From NCBI GenBank assembly GCA_041661765.1, contig JBAZTV010000003.1:143914-207913 (forward strand): DNA of 64,000 nt, given 5' to 3'. Within the stretch, counting starts at the first letter, position 1, and the number at the start of each line of letters is the position of its first letter. The stretch comes from Candidatus Shapirobacteria bacterium. GTDB lineage: Bacteria > Patescibacteriota > Microgenomatia > UBA12405. The notes beneath the pieces are model-generated. The model did not search any database, had not been told where the DNA came from, and worked only from the letters and a program-made list of their open reading frames with translations. Both the position numbers and the translations under genes were made by a program. This document shows, one piece after another, positions 19,581 through 28,881 of the stretch.

Positions 19581-20573
19581 TTATTTATTTTCAACAAATA
19601 ACCTTATATTCTCCACCGTTGTCCCCACAATTCTCCCGATTGCCTCTTTTGTATTAAAGGCATTATGTGGTGTAAAAATCACATCGTCACGATCACGAAG
19701 CAAATGAAAGCTCAAAATATCCTGTAACTCATCTTTGGTAATTTTTTTACTCATCACTACACTCATACTTTCCAGCATACTTTCATCCTCTGTCACATCC
19801 AATGCTGCCCCAACCAAAGTTTTATTATTCAACGCCCACACAATCGCTTCCGTTTCCACAACCGGCCCCCGCGAAGTATTTACTAAATAACTCCCCTTCT
19901 TTATCAACTTTATATTTTTTTTATTAATCAAATGGAAAGTTTCTGGAATCGATGGCACATGTAAAGTCAATATATCCGCTTCTTTCAAACAAGTTTCTAA
20001 ATCTACTATTTTACAACCGATTTTTTTGGCCACTTCGAGTGGTAATTTACCATCCACTCCCAAAACTTTCATTCCAAAGGCTCTGGCGATTCGCACCACA
20101 TTTTGCCCTATGTTTCCAACTCCAATCACTCCTAATGTTTTTCCGTCCAAATCTACTCCTGTCAAACCCTCTGGGTTAAACTCACCATTTTCCACTGATT
20201 GATGAGCTTCAACTATTTTTCGCGTAATTGCCAACATTAAAGCAAATGTATATTCGGCTACTGTTTTTGACCCATAAGTAGGAACATTTACCACCTCTAT
20301 TTTTCTTTTATTACATTCACCCACATCCACATTATCAATTCCAGTTGATCTGACCGCAATCATTTTTAAATTCGGCAGTTTATCTAAAACTCCTTTATTC
20401 ATTGTTGAATAAATAAAAGGTGAAATAATATCATATTTTACCGCCAATTCTAAATTATCCTGAACCTCCCCCTCAAAAATTCCAATTCCAAAACTATCCA
20501 ATTTACCAATTTCTTTTTCAATAATTTCCCTCTCCCAACTTTTAACTCCAAAAAATGCAATTTTATAATCCAT
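19581..20573 (-). CDS. D-2-hydroxyacid (D-lactate-type) dehydrogenase
   Basis: RSTGIDN, GVIGVGNIG, VNTSRG, ALDV, TPHNAF. Confidence 0.93.
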   Translation of the reverse strand: MDYKIAFFGVKSWEREIIEKEIGKLDSFGIGIFEGEVQDNLELAVKYDIISPFIYSTMNKGVLDKLPNLKMIAVRSTGIDNVDVGECNKRKIEVVNVPTYGSKTVAEYTFALMLAITRKIVEAHQSVENGEFNPEGLTGVDLDGKTLGVIGVGNIGQNVVRIARAFGMKVLGVDGKLPLEVAKKIGCKIVDLETCLKEADILTLHVPSIPETFHLINKKNIKLIKKGSYLVNTSRGPVVETEAIVWALNNKTLVGAALDVTEDESMLESMSVVMSKKITKDELQDILSFHLLRDRDDVIFTPHNAFNTKEAIGRIVGTTVENIRLFVENK

Positions 20574-20773
20574 AGATAATTTTATCAAATTTTTTTTATT
20601 AAAAATTTCGGAGTCGTGTATTTTTACGTGCTTTGAACACGCAAGTATTCACGCAAAGAAAAAATATATGACGAGAAATTTAATAAAAAAAATTTTGATT
20701 ATTGACACACTAATATCCAATATGTTTTACTGATATTAATTAATCATTATTTCGATACAAAAGGACACACCTA

Positions 20774-21034
20774 ATGGACTATCAAACAGAATCACAAGAC
20801 CAACTTGTGAAACAATCATCCGCCGCCCCAAAAAAAATAAATGGGGTTTCCATCGATAACCTTCCCGATCTTCTAACCGTCGCTGAAGTCGCTGATTTAC
20901 TCCGCGTTAGTAAATTAACCATCAAAAGATGGGGTAAACGAGGTAAGTTACCAGCCATCCGCATCAACGCCCGTGGTGATCGACGCTATCGAAAAGAAGC
21001 TGTTCTTTGGTTGCTTGGAATCCAAGCCGAATAA
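20774..21034 (+). CDS. Excisionase/MerR-like HTH DNA-binding protein
   Basis: LLTVAEVADLLRVSKLTIKRW...LPAIR...RRY. Confidence 0.9.
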   Translation: MDYQTESQDQLVKQSSAAPKKINGVSIDNLPDLLTVAEVADLLRVSKLTIKRWGKRGKLPAIRINARGDRRYRKEAVLWLLGIQAE

Positions 21035-21081
21035 AAGTATTCCGTAGCTTTAGCAAAAGATACCCTGCCCACAAATAAACT

Positions 21082-21498
21082 ATGAACCACGAAATACCAA
21101 AAGATTATTGTATAGATGGCATGCTTATTGCCCATGATTATTTAAAAAATAGATTTCAAAAAACAGATAATCTTCAAACATTAGGACGAGAAGACGGCAG
21201 TACTATTGATATTAAATTAGTTGCCGACAATATTTATTACCATGGAAGAGATTTTGTTGTTGTAACTCCTCCTTTAGAAAAAAGTGGCGTTTTTGGTGCT
21301 CCTACTTATATTGTGCTTCAGGTCGACAAAAAAGATAAAAATATTTCATATCTTCCAGTAGAAAACGACAAAACTGTTATTGCTGTTAGCAAATTACTAT
21401 TCAAAAAATTAGATCAACAAGCAGAAGAAAAATTATCAAAAGTTTTTGAAAGATTAAAAAAAACTGATTTTGAATTTAATCCTCGTAATTTACCTTAG
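21082..21498 (+). CDS. Hypothetical protein
   Basis: 138-aa ORF with no recognised motif. Confidence 0.6.
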   Translation: MNHEIPKDYCIDGMLIAHDYLKNRFQKTDNLQTLGREDGSTIDIKLVADNIYYHGRDFVVVTPPLEKSGVFGAPTYIVLQVDKKDKNISYLPVENDKTVIAVSKLLFKKLDQQAEEKLSKVFERLKKTDFEFNPRNLP

Positions 21499-22453
21499 TC
21501 AACACCCTGCCCTTTGGTGTCCGTTTAATCAATCCTTTTTTCATCAAAAACGGTTCATAAACTTCTGTAATTGTTCCCACATCTTCTGTCAAAGCCGCTG
21601 CAATATTTTCTACCCCCACCGGCCCACCACCATATTGTTTTCTAACTACCTCCAAATATTTTCGATCTGCATCTGACAAACCATCCTCATCCACCCCCAG
21701 CATTTTCAAAGCCTCCTCAACTTCATTTAAAGTAATTAAGCCATCATTTTTTACTTGGGCATAGTCTCGCACTCGTCGCAACAATCGATTGGCAATTCTT
21801 GGTGTCCCTCGTGATCTTTTAGCAATCGACTTGGCCGCCTCCGTTTCAATTTTACATTTTAAAACTTCTCCCGTTCTTTCAATAATTTCCCTCAAATCAG
21901 TATCTTCATAAAAATCCAACTGTTGCACATAACCAAACCTGTCTCTCATTGGCCCTGAAATTAATCCAATTCTCGTTGTTGCCCCAACTAAGGTAAATTT
22001 TTGCAAATTAAGCCTGACAGTTTTTGCTGATGGCCCCTTACCCAACACAATATCCAACGCAAAATCTTCCATAGCCGAATAAAGCATTTCTTCCACCAAT
22101 TTATTCAACCGATGAATTTCGTCAATAAATAAAAAATCTCCTTTTTTTAATCCTGTCAAAATCGAGGCCAAATCTCCCGCCCGAGTCAATGCCGGACCAG
22201 AAGTCATCTTAATATTACTCCCCATTTCTCTGGCCATTAAACAAGCCAAAGTCGTTTTCCCTAATCCCGGCGGACCATAAAATAAAATATGGTCTAATGC
22301 TTCATCTCGATTTTTAGCTGCCTCCAAAAAAATTTGCAACTGCTGTTTTAATTTTTCCTGACCAATAAACTCCACTAGCCTTTGTGGCCTTAAACTTTTC
22401 TCCACCACCTTTTCATTCGTCTCTGCTTTAGGATTTAAATTTTTATCCGTCAT
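21476..22453 (-). CDS. ruvB: Holliday junction helicase RuvB
   Basis: LRP, GPPGLGKTTLA, FIDEIHRL, GATTR, RGTPR. Confidence 0.98.
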   Translation of the reverse strand: MTDKNLNPKAETNEKVVEKSLRPQRLVEFIGQEKLKQQLQIFLEAAKNRDEALDHILFYGPPGLGKTTLACLMAREMGSNIKMTSGPALTRAGDLASILTGLKKGDFLFIDEIHRLNKLVEEMLYSAMEDFALDIVLGKGPSAKTVRLNLQKFTLVGATTRIGLISGPMRDRFGYVQQLDFYEDTDLREIIERTGEVLKCKIETEAAKSIAKRSRGTPRIANRLLRRVRDYAQVKNDGLITLNEVEEALKMLGVDEDGLSDADRKYLEVVRKQYGGGPVGVENIAAALTEDVGTITEVYEPFLMKKGLIKRTPKGRVLTKVNYED

Positions 22454-23049
22454 ATTTTATTCAAACACCATTCTAATTTTTCTTCAATTGTCTCTAATTC
22501 ATCCGGCAATTTTGCCACTACTTTTTCAATCTCTTTCCTGTCAAATCCCAATTGTTTTAAACTCAAACTCAAATCATCATCCTCGGCCGCCATAGCTTTA
22601 GCGTCGGCGGCTAAGTCCAATTCCCCTAACCCACCCACTTTTGATTTTAAATCAACAATTATTCTTTGTGCTCCTTTTTTTCCAATTCCTTTAACTTTTT
22701 CAAAAAATTTAACATCAGCTTCCCCAATCGCTTTAATAATACTTTCTGACCCTCGTCCTTCCGAAGCTTCAGCGGCGGAGGACATTATTTGGGCCGCTGT
22801 TTTTGGACCAATTCCCGAAACTGAAATTAACATTTTAAATAAATTAACATCATCGATAGTTTCAAATCCAAACAAACTAATATCTGTTTCTGAAACTGAC
22901 TGATAAGTATAAATTTTTAATTCTTCATCCACATTTCGACGCTTCAAAAAATTTTGACCACACCACACTAAATAACCAACATCATGAACCTCAATCTCCA
23001 CAAAATTATTACCAATTCTGGAAATTTTTCCTTTTAAACTCGAAATCAT
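22450..23049 (-). CDS. ruvA: Holliday junction protein RuvA
   Basis: MISSLKG, VGY, LFGF, VSGIGPKTA, GIGKKGAQRI. Confidence 0.96.
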   Translation of the reverse strand: MISSLKGKISRIGNNFVEIEVHDVGYLVWCGQNFLKRRNVDEELKIYTYQSVSETDISLFGFETIDDVNLFKMLISVSGIGPKTAAQIMSSAAEASEGRGSESIIKAIGEADVKFFEKVKGIGKKGAQRIIVDLKSKVGGLGELDLAADAKAMAAEDDDLSLSLKQLGFDRKEIEKVVAKLPDELETIEEKLEWCLNKI

Positions 23050-23105
23050 AAACTCATTTTACACTAAACCAAACAAAACCCAAAGACTATCTAACACCCC
23101 TCAAA

Positions 23106-23582
23106 CTACATCAAACCAATTAAATCTTTATTAGTAAACAGATAAGTCAACGCTACCGCTACTGCATCAGAAGCATGAGAAGGATTAATATTTTTTTCCA
23201 AACCCAAAAAATTCCTGACCATAATTTCCACCTGCTCTTTTTCTGCTCGACCATAACCCACCAATGTCATTTTTACCTGAAGAGGCGTAAATCCTGTCAC
23301 TTCGATTCCATTTCTCTGTCCACAAACTTTAATCACTCCAATTGCCTCGGCCACTTTTATCGCCGACTTAGCATTTTTTGCAAAAAATAAAGTTTCAATC
23401 GCCATCGCTTCCACTTTATATTTTTTAATTAATATTTCTAACTCACAATAAATTTGATCTAATCGCAATGCCGAACTGTCGCTAATTTTAGTTTTAAGGC
23501 ATCCACACTCCACCAATGTCTTTTCATCACTTAACACCGCCCATCCTGTGTTAGCCAAACCTGGATCAATTCCTAAAATCAT
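23106..23582 (-). CDS. ruvC: Crossover junction endodeoxyribonuclease RuvC
   Basis: ILGIDPGLANTGW, IETLFF, GYGRAEKEQV, HASDAVA. Confidence 0.96.
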   Translation of the reverse strand: MILGIDPGLANTGWAVLSDEKTLVECGCLKTKISDSSALRLDQIYCELEILIKKYKVEAMAIETLFFAKNAKSAIKVAEAIGVIKVCGQRNGIEVTGFTPLQVKMTLVGYGRAEKEQVEIMVRNFLGLEKNINPSHASDAVAVALTYLFTNKDLIGLM

Positions 23583-23897
23583 AATTAATAATAACAAATC
23601 AAAGCTGAAATAACCCTGTTTAATTTATAGGACATCTTCCAATTTACCCACTTATCCACATCAACAACCCATATTTTTTTATTATTCCAAATTATTTATT
23701 TTATAAGATAAAAATCGTGCCTGTAGGGGACAGGCATGCCTGTCCCCTCCCTTAATACAAAACCTCTCTGTCTCCCCGCGACCGCGGGGAGACATCTCCC
23801 CTTAACAAGGGGAGAAGTCAAATTAAAATTAAAGATTTCCGCCCTCTTTGAGGGAGGATGTCCGCAGGACAGGAGGGATTTGAGTTATAATTAGGCT

Positions 23898-24773
23898 ATG
23901 GATATAGAAAAAGTCTATTCAGATCTTAAAACCAAATTCCCCAATCTGGAGATTTATAAAAATCATCCCCTTGCTCCCTACACCACCGTAAAAATCGGCG
24001 GCCCCGCCGATATCTTTATTCAAACCCAATCTTCCGAAGAATTTCTAAAATTATTAAAATATTTAAATAATTCTCCCCTGTTAAGGGGAGATATGGCAAA
24101 GCCGAGAGAGGTTTTGACTCCCATTACCATTCTCGGTAACGGCTCCAACATTTTAATTTCCGACTCCGGCCTTCGCGGCATCATTATTAAAAACGATTCT
24201 GAAGAAATCGAAATTTTACCTGACAATAAAATCAAAGTTTCCTCTGGTACCCAACTTTCTTCTTTAATCACTTACAGCCTTGATCATAACCTTTTAGGCT
24301 TAGAAGAATTTGCTTACATTCCTTCAACTGTTGGTGGTGCCATCGCCGGCAACATCCATGGAAATAAAAAAAATAATTTTTCTAAATTTGTTTTTTCTGT
24401 CGAAAAATACGAGGATTTTATAATTTCTGCTTTTATAAAACTAACTCCCGGCGATTCCACTCAAGCTAAAATTGAAGTTCAAGAAATTATCCAAAAAAAA
24501 TCTCAAATTCAATCCATGCTTTCTCTCGGTTCAGTTTTTAAGAATTCACCAGGCAAAGATCCAGCTGGAATGATTATTGATCAACAGTTAAATCTTAAAG
24601 GTTATTCCATTGGTGGTGCTCAAATTAGCCCAACCCATGGCAATTTTATTATAAACACTGGTTCCGCCACCGCCAAAGATTATTTGGCCCTCATCAATCT
24701 AATTCAATCTCAAATGCAAACTAAATTTGGTTTTCAGTTTGAGCTTGAGATTAAACTCCTTGGAGAATTTTAA
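23898..24773 (+). CDS. murB: UDP-N-acetylmuramate dehydrogenase
   Basis: YTTVKIGGPA, LGNGSN, IPSTVGGA, SLGSVFKN, HGNFIIN, LEI. Confidence 0.94.
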   Translation: MDIEKVYSDLKTKFPNLEIYKNHPLAPYTTVKIGGPADIFIQTQSSEEFLKLLKYLNNSPLLRGDMAKPREVLTPITILGNGSNILISDSGLRGIIIKNDSEEIEILPDNKIKVSSGTQLSSLITYSLDHNLLGLEEFAYIPSTVGGAIAGNIHGNKKNNFSKFVFSVEKYEDFIISAFIKLTPGDSTQAKIEVQEIIQKKSQIQSMLSLGSVFKNSPGKDPAGMIIDQQLNLKGYSIGGAQISPTHGNFIINTGSATAKDYLALINLIQSQMQTKFGFQFELEIKLLGEF

Positions 24774-24842
24774 TCAAAAAAAAGACGGCCAATTATTGTT
24801 GTATTTCTACAAACAGATAATGGTCGCCCGTTTTAAAAGTGT

Positions 24843-25586
24843 TCAGATAATATTCAATATAGATGCGAGAGTTGGGTGTAATTTCATGCTTACGTTAGCT
24901 GCCGGAATTTTGATCAAACCCTGACGGCCTGAATAGATTCCAACAATCCTGCCGAGATAATCCACCATCATTGGTGTAATTCCCGACATGCCGCCCTTAA
25001 ACCAGTCCTCATTATGAAAAATTTTTAATTCTCCTTCGACCGTCCATTGGACAACAATTTCAAGAGCCCGATTGGCGTCATTGAAAAAATGATTCACAAT
25101 TTCAATTTCACCGATTTCTTGAAGCTGTTCTGCCGAAAAACCCCAGCCTGTGATGTTCAAAGAAACTCCATCGATTCCTTTCGGAACAAACCTTGTTTTT
25201 TCATCTTTCGACAGGACTGCTAGTTCTTCAACCACCGCTTCACGAATAGCCGTCTTAGTTAAATCATCACCCTCATCAAAACGAGCAATACCTCCAATCA
25301 AGCGCAACCAACCAAAGCGTTCATCAGGAATAACAACTTGACCATAATCTGTCATCAAGGAAAGCAATGCTCCACCCCGATACAAACCAGCCGGTGCTGT
25401 CTTTTCGAATGTTTTATTATCATGTAGAATATAATCCTCAATAAAATAAACATTCTCTCCGTCACGATAATAAACAGGGATCATTGTTTTAATTGATTGA
25501 TCAACCGTTGTTGCTTTGTAAAGATCCGTTAAATATTGTTGCAATTCTTCCGGTAGTTCACCTAGTGTTACTTTTCCAATTTCCAT
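24843..25586 (-). CDS. Hypothetical protein with a Nudix-like box
   Basis: GGIARFDEGDDLTKTAIREAVVEEL; GAGGT SD. Confidence 0.7.
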   Translation of the reverse strand: MEIGKVTLGELPEELQQYLTDLYKATTVDQSIKTMIPVYYRDGENVYFIEDYILHDNKTFEKTAPAGLYRGGALLSLMTDYGQVVIPDERFGWLRLIGGIARFDEGDDLTKTAIREAVVEELAVLSKDEKTRFVPKGIDGVSLNITGWGFSAEQLQEIGEIEIVNHFFNDANRALEIVVQWTVEGELKIFHNEDWFKGGMSGITPMMVDYLGRIVGIYSGRQGLIKIPAANVSMKLHPTLASILNII

Positions 25587-25909
25587 TTTATTTACCTCTT
25601 TCCATTTTTAGTACTCATTATTGAGCCTAAACTAATAATTAAAAATAATTACCAATTTGGGCTCAATAATTCTGAACAATTTTTTAAAGTTCTGTTTATT
25701 TTCAATTTTCACCGTTTTTGGCAAAATTATTTGTAAACATAGGCATTATATTCCAAAAACCATCAAAAGTCAACATTATAGGTTATTAAAAAGAAAAAAG
25801 GCGGCTATTAAATGATTTGTACAAAGTACAAATTCAGATAACAGTCGCCCATTAAATTAAGGATGAAATGTCCTTCGAAAAATCGAAAAAATCCATCCCT
25901 AGAGAGGAG

Positions 25910-26542
25910 CTAAATTAAAGATGTCGATGTTGGTGTCAATGAAAAAATAAAATTTGTTAAACTATCTATTTTAATATTTTGCATATTAGAAACTTTGCGA
26001 TAGAGCTTCGAGTTAAACAAATACGCTGGCGATTCTTTATTTATCTTCACTATGTAAACCGGAAAACCATCTCTACAAGTCAAACCAATTGATTCATAAA
26101 AATCACTTTCGGCCCCAAGCGATACAAAAAGAACATCTTCTATCCAAACCGTTTTTTTCTCTTCATCAAGATATAGGTTTTTTTGTTTAATTAAACTACC
26201 TGTTATTTTGGTTAAAATCTGTTCATAATTTTCGTCTATTGGAAAACCATACACACCCTGTCCTGGCATCAAAATTGTGTGTCCATCGATTCCCTCAACT
26301 CTTAAAAAATGTTTTTCAACAAAAAAACCTTTTGGCATATTTTTTTCAGGTCTATAATTTGAAGCGTGAAACCCATTAATACAACTAACACCGTCACCAT
26401 TCTTCATCCAAATTCTATTATCTCCAAAAGGTAAAGTTTGAACAAAACCATAACTTTCTCGAGAATTAAAATTAACCATACCAAAATCTCTAACTTGCAC
26501 GATTAAGGTTTCCGCTGGATTAACTTCTTTTGTCAACATCAT
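25910..26542 (-). CDS. Hypothetical protein
   Basis: 210-aa ORF with own promoter, AAGGGG SD and terminator. Confidence 0.65.
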   Translation of the reverse strand: MMLTKEVNPAETLIVQVRDFGMVNFNSRESYGFVQTLPFGDNRIWMKNGDGVSCINGFHASNYRPEKNMPKGFFVEKHFLRVEGIDGHTILMPGQGVYGFPIDENYEQILTKITGSLIKQKNLYLDEEKKTVWIEDVLFVSLGAESDFYESIGLTCRDGFPVYIVKINKESPAYLFNSKLYRKVSNMQNIKIDSLTNFIFSLTPTSTSLI

Positions 26543-26622
26543 TCAAAAAACCCCTTGTTTTCAAAGTACTTATCACCGCCTTTGGCAATAGCACCAGTAT
26601 TATATTCAAATTAAACTAAAAG

Positions 26623-27453
26623 TCAATTTTGAGTCAACACTTTCCACACAAACTTCGGCAATTCCAATTGTCTTTTAAATCTTTTTGGTTCTTTAATTAA
26701 AGAATATAACCACTCCATTCCCATTTTTCTCCAAACACTTGATGCTCTCTTTAAATCTCCACTATAATAATCAAAACTTCTCCCCACTCCAATTGCCACC
26801 CCAATATCGAGCTTGTCGAGATATTTATCAATCCATTCTTCCTGTTTTTTCATTCCATAAGCCACAAATAAAATATCTGGTTTAAATTCATTAATCTTTT
26901 CCAAAACCTTTTCATTGTTAAACCTCGGTTCTCCACTACAATAATCCATTTCTATTTTATATTTTTCAAAATATTTCATTGTTCTTTTAGCCCTATCACC
27001 AAACCCACCCAAGAAAAAAACTTTATATTTTTTCTTTGCCGCCAATAAACATAGCTCCGACATCAAATCAACTCCAGTAATCAACTCTTCTTTGTGCCCA
27101 CCTTTCAAAATTTCTCCTCCAATTTTTATTCCACTTAACATTCTCCCCATAAAACTTTTACCACTCAATCTTTTAGCCCAAATTAAACCTATTCCATCAA
27201 CCACATTCAAATCCGTTTTTTCTAATAAACTTTTAAAGTTATCATCCTTTGTGCTTTTCATTACAAACTCTGGATTAACCGTAGCAATCCATTTTCTTTT
27301 AGCTTTAAAAACAATCCAACTATCAATTATTTTTAGCACTTGATTCATATCACTGCCAAACAGACGAATATTAAATATTTCCCAATCACTTAGGCCAAAA
27401 ACACTATCGATTTTTTTATTTTTTTGATCTCTAAAACCTTTTTTTAATTCCAT
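26623..27453 (-). CDS. WecB/TagA/CpsF glycosyltransferase
   Basis: TVNPE, DGIG, GVDL, KQEEW, GVGRSFD, RA, EWLY.L..EP.R. Confidence 0.94.
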   Translation of the reverse strand: MELKKGFRDQKNKKIDSVFGLSDWEIFNIRLFGSDMNQVLKIIDSWIVFKAKRKWIATVNPEFVMKSTKDDNFKSLLEKTDLNVVDGIGLIWAKRLSGKSFMGRMLSGIKIGGEILKGGHKEELITGVDLMSELCLLAAKKKYKVFFLGGFGDRAKRTMKYFEKYKIEMDYCSGEPRFNNEKVLEKINEFKPDILFVAYGMKKQEEWIDKYLDKLDIGVAIGVGRSFDYYSGDLKRASSVWRKMGMEWLYSLIKEPKRFKRQLELPKFVWKVLTQN

Positions 27454-27843
27454 TTTCTATTTTATAAGCCTTAATTTTTATTTAAAAACCTTATTGTCTA
27501 ATTTTACCATCAAAAAAAATTAAAAAGTCCTAAAAATTGTTTAAAAATGATTTAAAAAATATCCTATAGTTATTTTTTAAACGATAACTAACATAACTAT
27601 ATCACCTTCTTATCGTTTTTATATTACAAGATTAAATTATTAAAAATTATCTTTCCGCCAATATTCATTATTTAGAATAAATAATTTACTCATAGATTGT
27701 CAAATAAAACAGGCAAAATATCTAAAAACGACAATTCATAGACTAAAAAACAAAACTATCACTTATATTGATTGATTTTAAAACACATATTTACAATTTC
27801 CAATTATAAATATATATATTACAAGATTAAAAATTCAACTGCA

Positions 27844-28845
27844 TCATCTAATCGCCCTCTCATATACATCCAAGTTCTCCACTGCAATTCCAGTTCCTTT
27901 TATTACACAAAACTGTGGTTCTAGTGCCACATGAGCTGACACTCCAATTTCTCTTGTTACCAATGTACTCAAATTTCTTAACTGCGCCGACCCACCACTT
28001 AAAACTATTCCTCTATCAATAATATCTGCCACCAATTCTGGTGGAGTAATTTCCAAAGTATTTTTAATCGCTGTCAATATTAAATCTAACACTGGTCTTA
28101 TTGCTTCGTAAACATCATCTGTATTAATTACAACATTTTTAGGTAAACCATAAACTGAGTCTCTCCCGTTTATTTCCATTGTCTCCAATTTCTTTGGTTT
28201 AATTGCACTCCCCAATTGAATTTTAATTATCTCTGCAGTTTGATCACCTATAACCAAGCTATATTTTTTCTTTAAAAATTCCATTATCACTTTATCTAAT
28301 TTATTTCCACCTACTCTCACACTTTTATGAGTTACCACTCCACCTAAAGCAATCACCGCCGCTTCCGCCGCACCACCTCCAATATCTACAATCATATTTC
28401 CAAAAGCTTCCGCTACCGGAATCTTAGATCCAATCGCCGCCGCCAATGGTTCATCAATTAAATGAGCCTTTCTCGCTCCAGCTGATAACATCGCATCTAT
28501 CACCGCTCTTTGCTCAACTTGTGTCACTCCAGCCGGAACACATATCATAACCTCTGGACCAATAAACCAATTATTACCCATTACCTGCTTCATAAAATAT
28601 CGAAGCATTGCCTCTGTTACCTCATAATCAGCAATTACTCCGTCTTCTAATGGTTGAATTACTTCAATATACTCTGGTGTCTTACCCAACATCTTTTTTG
28701 CCTCGTTTCCAACAGCTAAAACTTTTCTATCTTCAATTCCCACTGCCACAATTGTTGGTTCATTTAATACAATTCCTTTTCCCGCTTCCCACACCACTGA
28801 ATTAGCTGTTCCCAAATCTATTGCCAATTTTTTAAACAAACTCAT
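27844..28845 (-). CDS. mreB: Rod shape-determining protein MreB
   Basis: IDLGTAN, DGVIAD, EPLAAAIG, DIGGG, LSGG. Confidence 0.97.
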   Translation of the reverse strand: MSLFKKLAIDLGTANSVVWEAGKGIVLNEPTIVAVGIEDRKVLAVGNEAKKMLGKTPEYIEVIQPLEDGVIADYEVTEAMLRYFMKQVMGNNWFIGPEVMICVPAGVTQVEQRAVIDAMLSAGARKAHLIDEPLAAAIGSKIPVAEAFGNMIVDIGGGAAEAAVIALGGVVTHKSVRVGGNKLDKVIMEFLKKKYSLVIGDQTAEIIKIQLGSAIKPKKLETMEINGRDSVYGLPKNVVINTDDVYEAIRPVLDLILTAIKNTLEITPPELVADIIDRGIVLSGGSAQLRNLSTLVTREIGVSAHVALEPQFCVIKGTGIAVENLDVYERAIR

Positions 28846-28881
28846 ACATTAATTTTATCCTAATTACGCTATAATATAACC

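Noticed and set aside
20774-21498. Prophage/ICE suggested by the excisionase-like HTH
   Set aside because: No integrase, att sites or phage genes adjacent.
23653-23661. oriC from a TTATCCACA DnaA box
   Set aside because: Single box, no cluster, no dnaA/dnaN nearby.
24776-25850. Classical integron attC sites
   Set aside because: No RYYYAAC/GTTRRRY ends recognised and no integrase; the hairpins end in T-runs like terminators.
26571-26590. Lambda-operator-like TATCACCGCC
   Set aside because: Better explained as a G:U-containing RNA hairpin shared with 25707-25726; no phage genes.
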